Below, piece after piece: positions 30,740 through 37,193 of a DNA stretch of 64,000 bases (positions are counted from its first letter, which is position 1; every line of letters begins with the position of its first letter). Where the stretch lies: NCBI GenBank assembly GCA_045645465.1, contig JAZRIV010000007.1, forward strand, positions 5,114-69,113, read 5' to 3'. A program made the translations under genes and the position numbers. Source of the stretch: Candidatus Egerieisoma sp. Lineage in GTDB: Bacteria > Bacteroidota > Bacteroidia > Bacteroidales > UBA932. The notes beneath the pieces were generated by a model. It was not told where the DNA came from, made no database searches, and was given only the letters and a program-made list of their open reading frames with translations.

Positions 30740-31270
30740 ATGACTAAAAATTATAAAAGGAATTTCTCAGAGATAGTGACTTTCCAATTTGTAGTTGATT
30801 CACTCATAATGATATTCTCAATATGGGTTATCTGTAAGTACATTCTCTTTTCTGGAATACTGGTTGATTATGCCGGTTGGATTGCATTGGGCATCTTATC
30901 TCCCGGCATATTGGCTGTGTGGTATTCAATTATAGGCAAGTACTTCTACATCACCTTGCATGACAACGATATTGTTGTACAAAACTATTTTCTTCCATTT
31001 TTTAGAATAAACAGAAAATACAAGGAAATAAACAAGGTGAGGTTTTGGATGCCTACCCCTAATCAATGGGGAATAGAATCAATGGAGATAGCAAAGATTG
31101 GCAGAAAAAGAGGTGGATTATTTCTGGGCATTTTAATGGTTAATCCAAAAGACTATCCCCAAATAATTTCATCTTTAGAAAGTAAAGGTGTAAATGTAGA
31201 TGTTTATAAAAATCTCTCACTCAAGGAATACCGAGAGGTGCACACGAAGATTCGGAAAGGAGAGTTATAG
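30740..31270 (+). CDS. Hypothetical membrane protein (2-3 TM helices plus a soluble C-terminal domain)
   Basis: 176-aa ORF with a TAACTTTG -7 box at 30683-30690. No recognisable motifs. Confidence 0.5.
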   Translation: MTKNYKRNFSEIVTFQFVVDSLIMIFSIWVICKYILFSGILVDYAGWIALGILSPGILAVWYSIIGKYFYITLHDNDIVVQNYFLPFFRINRKYKEINKVRFWMPTPNQWGIESMEIAKIGRKRGGLFLGILMVNPKDYPQIISSLESKGVNVDVYKNLSLKEYREVHTKIRKGEL

Positions 31271-31286
31271 AATAATAAGGAAGGCG

Positions 31287-31379
31287 CATCTGAAGAATAT
31301 TTATACCGAAGGGGAATTGTTGGAGCCAACGACTATTTCCAAAACGGGAACAGTCGTTCTGAGGGATCTGATAATGTGA
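31287..31379 (+). pseudogene. Short RhuM-family-like gene fragment
   Basis: The frame reads HLKNIYTEGELLEPTTISKTG..., resembling the conserved HLKNIFxEGEL segment of RhuM-family proteins. There is no start and the match is lost after ~20 aa. Confidence 0.3.
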
Positions 31380-31455
31380 AAGATGTTCCTGACAACAGAT
31401 CTTACCCGCCCAATTATGATAGACTGTGTTGAGTTTTGATTTCTTTGAAGTGTTT

Positions 31456-31493
31456 ATTAGCGGAATCCATCAAAATTGAGAAATTCCGCTAAT
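31456..31493. repeat. Stem-loop element, copy 1 (ATTAGCGGAAT N16 ATTCCGCTAAT)
   Basis: Perfect 11-bp stem. Copy 2 at 36958-36996 has the same stems, a partly shared loop start (ATCAAAA) and a shared 3' flank (TAT...CTGCCAaATT vs CTGCCAgATT). Confidence 0.75.
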
Positions 31494-31722
31494 TATATTT
31501 ATTCTTAAGGTATCACCTGCCAAATTACTGTTGAAGCTCCAGAAACCTTCAATGGCAGAACCACACTATAAGGTTGGAAAGACTCTCTCAACTGCAGAGC
31601 CAGAGCAACTGAAGGAAATTCTGAGGATTCTGTATAAAAATGCAGTAGAAAAAAGAAGCAAGCAAAGATTAAGGATTCTAACCTGGATTCAAGTATTTTT
31701 ACCTTTAAGAAAAAATACCGCT

Positions 31723-32019
31723 ATGAATAATATCAAAGATATAGAAATTAAAACTATAGTAAATCGTATTGGCCGAGAGGCTTTTATTACAATATTTTAT
31801 CCTGAAATCAAGTTGGATTCAGAGATCACCAGCAATGAAATTTCTTTAAAATATTCTGACAGAAAATACACAGACAAGAGTTGGAATTCCAGAACTAGCA
31901 ATAGTAAAAGATTATTCCGCGAAGGTCTAGAAAAAGAGGCTTTAAAGTATATCATTGAGTCATCTGGGAAGTTAGATGCTGATATTGTCAAAAAAGCAGA
32001 ATCTTATTTAAAAGATTAG
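31723..32019 (+). CDS. Hypothetical small soluble protein
   Basis: 98 aa from the first ATG (MNNIKDIEIKTIVNRIGREAF...). The ORF-track start at 31531 is a TTG. No motif recognised. Confidence 0.35.
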   Translation: MNNIKDIEIKTIVNRIGREAFITIFYPEIKLDSEITSNEISLKYSDRKYTDKSWNSRTSNSKRLFREGLEKEALKYIIESSGKLDADIVKKAESYLKD

Positions 32020-32053
32020 TCATTATAGGAATTTGCAGGCCCGTTTAGGAGGT

Positions 32054-32130
32054 ATGTGGTGCAAGAAAAAAGAAAAACCCTCTCAGAATTGCTTCTAAGA
32101 GGGTTTTTCGTACCCAGAGCCGGGGTCGAA
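32054..32130. repeat. att junction distal to the tRNA: ATGTGGTGCAA motif, terminator hairpin copy and 21-bp copy of the tRNA-Leu 3' end
   Basis: GTACCCAGAGCCGGGGTCGAA at 32110-32130 is identical to 43693-43713. The hairpin CCCTCTCAGAA/TTCTAAGAGGG (32078-32103) and the motif at 32054-32064 parallel 43626-43686. Confidence 0.8.
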
Positions 32131-32253
32131 AATAGCAATCTTTTGCAATGCTATAAAATCGGATGAAATGTATATAATAAGCTGATATACAATTAGATAC
32201 AAAGGATAAATTTTTGCATTTATTTCCGTAAAATTCTCCTAAATTGCGTTTAT

Positions 32254-32282
32254 GTGGTGCAAATTTTGTAAATTTGCACCAC
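32254..32282. promoter_or_regulatory. 29-bp palindrome overlapping the integrase promoter (putative integrase arm/operator site)
   Basis: GTGGTGCAAATTT-tgt-AAATTTGCACCAC has perfect 13-bp arms. It contains the -7 box TAAATTTG (32269-32276), 25 nt upstream of the int ATG. Each arm is a copy of the ATGTGGTGCAA motif seen at both att ends. Confidence 0.6.
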
Positions 32283-32301
32283 CGATTTAAGAGAGAAAGA
32301 G

Positions 32302-33660
32302 ATGGCAACAGTAACAGCATTTATCAGAACATCTGCCAAAAAAGTAAGGGATGTAAATGTCCGTTTCCGCTTGAGGGATGGCAGGCAAATCCAATTGTTG
32401 TACAGCAGTGATATAACTGTTAATCCTGAACATTGGAATCCAAAAAAGGAGGAAATAAAGGCAAAGGTTCTGATGGATCCGGTTCTGAAGGCAGAATTCA
32501 ATAGAAATGTTGCCAGAATAAAGGAGATAATTATAGAGGTTTACAATAAGGCTGAGGATAAGGCGGCCCTAACTTCTGAATGGTTGGCTCTGCAGGTGGA
32601 AAGAACCCTTCACCCGGCTGTTCATGATGAGAAGGAAGAAAATAATTTCTTTGAGGATTTTGACCAGTTCCTGGAGGTGAAGAAGCTCTCCGAAGTGCGC
32701 ACCAGAAACTTTAAGGTAATTTACCGTGCCCTGCAAAGATTTGAACTGTATAGGAGATTCAACCGCTACAGCAAGTTTGCACTCTCTTTCAAATCTGTTA
32801 CTCCCGATATATTACGTGAATTTGAGGAGTTCCTTAGAATGGAGCATACCTTTTTTATCAAGGATGAGGAGACTGGCAAATTCAAATGCAGCAGGAAATA
32901 CAAACCTGTTTACGATGTGTTCCCTGAGGCAAGGACTCCTCAGCAAAGGGGGCAGAACACCATCAATGACATTTTCACCAAATTGAGAACTTTCTTCCGT
33001 TGGGCAGTGGAACAAGGGAAAACAGAAAACAATCCATTTAAGCATTTCTCAGTAGAGGATTGTGTATATGGTACGCCATATTACATCACTATAGATGAAA
33101 GGAACAAACTGTACCATACCAATATGGATGATAATCCTTCACTGGCTGTACAAAGAGATATATTTGTTTTTCAATGCCTGATAGGTTGCAGGGTGGGTGA
33201 TTTATATAATCTAACCAAGAAAAACATAATAAACGGTGCGGTAGAATATATCCCTCGTAAAACAAAAGATGGAAGACCGGTAACAGTAAGGGTGCCGCTC
33301 AATTCAATAGCAAAAGAGATACTGATGCGCTACAGGGAAACTCCAGGTACTGCACTATTCCCATTGGTCTCCCAGCAGAAATACAATATAGCCATAAAGA
33401 AAATGTTCCTGGCTGCTGACCTTACCCGCCCGGTAGTGGTATTCAACCCCACCACTAGCGAAGAAGAAATCCGCCCACTGCACGAAATTGCCTCATCCCA
33501 CCTGGCCCGCAGATGCTTCATAGGGAACCTCTATAAACAAGTGAAAGATCCCAACCTGGTAGGCGTTCTCAGCGGCCACAAAGAAGGCAGCAAAGCCTTC
33601 TCCAGATATAGGGAGATTGATGAACAAATGAAGAAGGATTTGGTGGGGATGTTGGAGTAG
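32302..33660 (+). CDS. Tyrosine site-specific integrase (Bacteroidetes phage-integrase type with N-terminal arm-binding domain)
   Basis: The N-terminus is MATVTAFIRTSAKKVRDVNVRFRLRDGRQIQL. The catalytic region has CLIGCRVGDL (Arg), ASSHLARRCF (HxxR) and SGHKEGSKAFSRYREID (His, Tyr). Confidence 0.9.
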   Translation: MATVTAFIRTSAKKVRDVNVRFRLRDGRQIQLLYSSDITVNPEHWNPKKEEIKAKVLMDPVLKAEFNRNVARIKEIIIEVYNKAEDKAALTSEWLALQVERTLHPAVHDEKEENNFFEDFDQFLEVKKLSEVRTRNFKVIYRALQRFELYRRFNRYSKFALSFKSVTPDILREFEEFLRMEHTFFIKDEETGKFKCSRKYKPVYDVFPEARTPQQRGQNTINDIFTKLRTFFRWAVEQGKTENNPFKHFSVEDCVYGTPYYITIDERNKLYHTNMDDNPSLAVQRDIFVFQCLIGCRVGDLYNLTKKNIINGAVEYIPRKTKDGRPVTVRVPLNSIAKEILMRYRETPGTALFPLVSQQKYNIAIKKMFLAADLTRPVVVFNPTTSEEEIRPLHEIASSHLARRCFIGNLYKQVKDPNLVGVLSGHKEGSKAFSRYREIDEQMKKDLVGMLE

Positions 33661-33664
33661 AATC

Positions 33665-34723
33665 CTAAACTAGGGGTAATGTTATAATAAATTTATTTTC
33701 TGCATACTCAATTCCATCGATTATTTTATTAACTTCTCCTGGTTCTATACCTAAGGTTCCACCATTTAGTTCTATTAACGTTTTTGCTCTGAACATGCCT
33801 ATTCCTTGACCAGCTTTGTTTGTTTTAATAGCCAGATGGCCTGAATATCCTTCATTAAAAATGTCCTTCTCTTCAATAGGTTCAATATACAAACTGCTCA
33901 TCTTAAATATAATATACTGCTCTTTGGCTGATCTTTCAAAATAAATATAAGCAGTTGAATTTGGTTCAATATATTTACATGCATTTTCTATTATGTGGTA
34001 TATTGCAACCTGAAAGGATTCGTAATCTAAGTTGACAGTTTCAAAACAATCTGCAACATCAACTCGCACTTTTATTGTATTAAAATCAATAAAGAACGAA
34101 TAAAGGATTCCAAGAATAACATTGCGAACATTATGACTCCTTTTGTTAATAGACATACGTCCCTTTAGAAGTTTCTCATAGATTGTAAATTCAGCTTTTG
34201 TCGCGATAGTATTCTTGGTAATACGAAATAATACTTCTGGAATATCGCGATTTTTGCTTAAAATTCTTGATTTTATGAAATCTAAAGCTTCGCGGTGATT
34301 CTTTGTCTTGATCAGCTCTTCTTGTGGAATAAGAGCATATATTTCACCAAGTGAATGAGCATTTAATGATCGTAGGTTGTGTACGACTCTATCTACTCTC
34401 TGGGTAATCTCAGATATGCACTGATCTTTGACAGAATTATAGGTTTCTATTAATGTTTTAATAGCTGGTATAATAATCTCAAAATCTGCATGGAAATTGC
34501 AAGTTTTTGTATAATTTTCGCCACATGCAAATAGATTGCCTTTGCAGCTCTCATTTAGTCTTATCCTTTTGAATGAATTGTCAAGAGGGCATACAATTCT
34601 GTTATAACTCTTAGGCGGTTGTACATTAGAAATTATGCAATGTTGACATTTGTCCGAGACAAGTTCGTTAATTATAGCCTGTCCACATTCATTTGTTATT
34701 AATTTGTGCAATTTCTTTTGCAT
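33665..34723 (-). CDS. Soluble histidine-kinase-like protein with a Cys-rich N-terminal domain
   Basis: There is no TM segment. Seven Cys lie in the first ~75 aa (CGQ..., KCQHC, VCPL, ESCKGNLFACGENYTKTC). An H-box-like VVHNLRSLNAH is followed by HATPase_c motifs: the N-box IIENACKYIE and G-box KAGQGIGMFRAKTLIELNGG. Confidence 0.75.
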   Translation of the reverse strand: MQKKLHKLITNECGQAIINELVSDKCQHCIISNVQPPKSYNRIVCPLDNSFKRIRLNESCKGNLFACGENYTKTCNFHADFEIIIPAIKTLIETYNSVKDQCISEITQRVDRVVHNLRSLNAHSLGEIYALIPQEELIKTKNHREALDFIKSRILSKNRDIPEVLFRITKNTIATKAEFTIYEKLLKGRMSINKRSHNVRNVILGILYSFFIDFNTIKVRVDVADCFETVNLDYESFQVAIYHIIENACKYIEPNSTAYIYFERSAKEQYIIFKMSSLYIEPIEEKDIFNEGYSGHLAIKTNKAGQGIGMFRAKTLIELNGGTLGIEPGEVNKIIDGIEYAENKFIITLPLV

Positions 34724-35309
34724 AGTCTGATATCAACTCTAAATATTCAATAGGATCTGCATCCTTACGTAAACAGTAATCAACTTTTCGTAAATCTTCA
34801 TCAAAACGATCTCCAACTGTTTCCGCAGAATAAATTATTACTTTTTTCTCAGGGAAGGTTTGCTTAATACGAGCTGCAAGGCCAAGTCCTTGCTTTGAGG
34901 ATAATTTTACAGCTACACCATTAATATCAATGAATATAATATGAGCAGCTCTAATATCAGCATCTTCTAGACTGTTGATGTCTTTTTTGTAAAGTACATT
35001 GTGCCAACCTGCTGATTTTACTGTTTTAGTCATGCCAAATTTTTGATCATCAACAAATAAAATGTTTGTTGATTTTTTTAGCACCTCTATATCAATTGTG
35101 TAGATCGAATTTGTAGTGTCTACTTTATCATTCGGATTTGTAAAGTTAATGTCTATCTTTTGGGTTAACGATTGTGTCTGTTGTTGTTTTTGTGTCTGCT
35201 TTTGTTTTTGACCTTGCTTTTGCTTTTGAAAAATTTTTTCAAATCCCCACAAAGAAGTAATAATAGTTATAATGATACCTAAAATTGCAATGATTTGATC
35301 TATTGTCAT
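34689..35309 (-). CDS. Membrane-anchored stand-alone receiver (REC) domain protein with a Q/K-rich linker
   Basis: The N-terminal TM helix is IIAILGIIITIITSLWGF, followed by the linker QKQKQGQKQKQTQKQQQTQ. The REC signature residues are present: ILFVDDQ, HIIFIDING, KVIIYSAE and CLRKDADP. Its 3' end overlaps the kinase start by 35 nt. Confidence 0.7.
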   Translation of the reverse strand: MTIDQIIAILGIIITIITSLWGFEKIFQKQKQGQKQKQTQKQQQTQSLTQKIDINFTNPNDKVDTTNSIYTIDIEVLKKSTNILFVDDQKFGMTKTVKSAGWHNVLYKKDINSLEDADIRAAHIIFIDINGVAVKLSSKQGLGLAARIKQTFPEKKVIIYSAETVGDRFDEDLRKVDYCLRKDADPIEYLELISDYAKEIAQINNK

Positions 35310-35356
35310 GTTTTTTTAGCAAGTTAATATATTTTTTTTGTTTATTGTCATTATAT

Positions 35357-36307
35357 ATGAGAAAAGTACTTAATGGAACAAATTTTGAGTTACATAAATT
35401 ATTCATTACATTTGACACTATGATTATTAATGACAACATAAATGTTCAGGATGACCGTTTAATGAACGGTCTTATTCCTATGGTGCGAATCATGTCTAAG
35501 ATTGAAAAATCTGGGGATGATAGGGTTGTTATAGATTTTTCTAAAACGGATTTTATTTCACCTGTTTTCGTGCTCTCTCTACTTGTTTATGCTAAAAAGA
35601 GTGGTAAAGAGATAATTTTTGAAAACTTGAATGAGTATATGAAAGCTATTCATATGGATGGCGGAATAAAACCCGATGAATTGAGAAATAGTGAGTTCCT
35701 TGCTATAATGGAAGGATACTCTAAGAGAACATATATTCCAGTTATTAATTTCCCTGCCAACAAAAATAATGATGAGAAAGAAGGTATTCTTTCAGCAGTT
35801 GAAGAATTAATAATAAGGCAGTTGAATATACCTAACAATGTTGCGTATGGTATAAAGTATATGTTAGGTGAAACTATTGATAATATCACTGAACATTCAG
35901 AAACTGATAGAGGTTTTTTATTCTGTCAGGCTTATAAAAATAAAGGATATTTGGATATATGTATAGCGGATAGTGGTGTTACATTGTTGGGTAGCTATCA
36001 AAAATTGGAAGATAAATTTATAGAGAATGATTTGGAAGCTATTAAGGCCGCAAATAGACAGATTTCAAGTAAGAACTTGCCAGATGCTGAAAATAGGGGT
36101 TATGGTATCTACACTTCTAAAAAGATGTTGATAAAAGGATTGTCCGGCCAATATATGATAATGTCTGGAAGTGCTATATACATGAAGAGTAAGACAATTG
36201 ATCAATTCTTTACTCTTCCAGAAGGATTGAGATGGGATGGTACAATTGTTGCACTTAGAATACCGTACCAAGCATCACAGTTTGATTATATTAAATACAT
36301 TGAGTAA
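35357..36307 (+). CDS. STAS-like N-terminal domain fused to a SpoIIAB/RsbW-type GHKL ATPase (serine-kinase-like) domain
   Basis: Taken from the first ATG at 35357; the ORF-track start at 35303 is a TTG. The N-domain is DDRVVIDFSKTDFISPVFVLSLLVYAKK. The GHKL motifs are GETIDNITEHSE, ICIADSGVTLLGS and NRGYGIYTSKKM. The exact start is uncertain. Confidence 0.65.
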   Translation: MRKVLNGTNFELHKLFITFDTMIINDNINVQDDRLMNGLIPMVRIMSKIEKSGDDRVVIDFSKTDFISPVFVLSLLVYAKKSGKEIIFENLNEYMKAIHMDGGIKPDELRNSEFLAIMEGYSKRTYIPVINFPANKNNDEKEGILSAVEELIIRQLNIPNNVAYGIKYMLGETIDNITEHSETDRGFLFCQAYKNKGYLDICIADSGVTLLGSYQKLEDKFIENDLEAIKAANRQISSKNLPDAENRGYGIYTSKKMLIKGLSGQYMIMSGSAIYMKSKTIDQFFTLPEGLRWDGTIVALRIPYQASQFDYIKYIE

Positions 36308-36319
36308 AAGAAGAAAGCT

Positions 36320-36682
36320 ATGATAACAATTGATATTACAAGACTTTTGTCACAGGATTTGAAATCTAGGTCAAGGGCGCAAGATTTGCTATTGTATGTT
36401 CAGAATTGTGATGAGCAAGAGGTTGTGATAGATTTTCAGAATGTTAAGTTTGCAACCAGAAGCTTTATTGATGAATTCTACAATTTATTCATAAAGGAAA
36501 CTTCAAATTTGCCTTTCAAGGTGGAAATTGATAATGTTCCTGAGGATATACAAATAATGCTTAATTCTGTTAGCAATACGCAAACAAGAGCAAAGAACAG
36601 GACGGTTAATGCAACAGCTGAAGTAATAAATTTTGATAGTATGGATAGCATGCTCAAGTATATGAGCACAGTCGCATTTTGA
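36320..36682 (+). CDS. Free-standing STAS-like (DUF4325-like) protein
   Basis: 120 aa. The core EQEVVIDFQNVKFATRSFIDEFYNLF is paralogous to the N-domain of the upstream gene. It starts 12 nt after that gene and is followed by a terminator. Confidence 0.65.
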   Translation: MITIDITRLLSQDLKSRSRAQDLLLYVQNCDEQEVVIDFQNVKFATRSFIDEFYNLFIKETSNLPFKVEIDNVPEDIQIMLNSVSNTQTRAKNRTVNATAEVINFDSMDSMLKYMSTVAF

Positions 36683-36703
36683 GAAATAAAATATTTCTAT
36701 AGA

Positions 36704-36729
36704 GGGTTGGATAAGTTCCAGCCCTTTTT
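36704..36729 (+). terminator. Rho-independent terminator of the STAS/GHKL operon
   Basis: GGGTTGGA and TCCAGCCC form a stem (one G-T pair) with a 5-nt loop, followed by TTTTT. Confidence 0.65.
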
Positions 36730-36957
36730 GTTGTCTATGGATAATAAAATCCCCTCTTCCCACAATTTCATTGTCTATAGACAACGAAATTTCTCTCAGC
36801 AATGATTCCTGTTAAAAGGATGATATGTTACCTTTAATCAATAATATTTCAAAAAACTGTAGGTTGTAAAGACAATGTGACGGAGGGGTTAAGTTGGGGG
36901 TCAAGTCAGAAAAAGGGTACAAGTCAAAGCTCACGTACCCCATGTTTTTGCATTATA

Positions 36958-36996
36958 ATTAGCGGAATCTATCAAAAAAGACACGATTCCGCTAAT
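36958..36996. repeat. Stem-loop element, copy 2 (ATTAGCGGAAT N17 ATTCCGCTAAT)
   Basis: It has the same 11-bp stems as 31456-31493 and shared flanking bases. Confidence 0.75.
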
Positions 36997-37193
36997 TATC
37001 TTTTATCCCAAGTGGGTGTTTCTGCCAGATTGCCGTATCAAACGTACACCTATGTGTAGTTCTGTGCAGCTCTGTGGAGATTAAAATGGGGTAAAATGTT
37101 ACTTTTTGTTACACAGAGTATTACGTAGCTGTACGGGTCTTTTTAGGCATAAAATTTGTGGCAATTGATGATGCTGAACAAAGAGGATGATAT

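Larger units (their letters stand above)
30600..32109. mobile_element. Probable degenerate remnant of a second integrative element related to the adjacent island
   Basis: AT-rich orphan ORFs and a RhuM-like gene fragment. A stem-loop here is shared with the island. The right end (32054-32109) copies the tRNA-proximal end of the island (terminator hairpin plus ATGTGGTGCAA motif). No integrase or second core repeat was found, and the left boundary is uncertain. Confidence 0.35.

Noticed and set aside
31531-31722. Upstream extension of ORF 31531-32019 (TTG start) giving a 162-aa protein.
   Set aside because: The extension begins right after the stem-loop and has an odd composition. The first ATG, at 31723, gives a compact 98-aa protein. 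Even that CDS is low confidence.
32045-32320. 91-aa ORF whose peptide (RPRLWVRKTLLEAILRGFFFFLAPH) resembles that of ORF 43535-43732.
   Set aside because: The similarity comes from translating the duplicated tRNA 3' end, terminator hairpin and ATGTGGTGCAA motifs at the two att junctions. These are DNA repeats, not a protein family.
35170-35235. Short imperfect CTGTTT/CTTTTG-type repeats that at first looked like a tandem repeat or mini-array.
   Set aside because: They lie inside the receiver-protein gene and encode its QKQKQ linker. There are no spacers or repeat units of CRISPR size, and no CRISPR array was seen anywhere in the window.
36877-37059. 60-aa ORF between the signalling cassette and the orphan membrane-protein gene.
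   Set aside because: It starts at a non-ATG codon, runs straight through the conserved stem-loop (36958-36996), and has no promoter box or recognisable motif. It is treated as non-coding.
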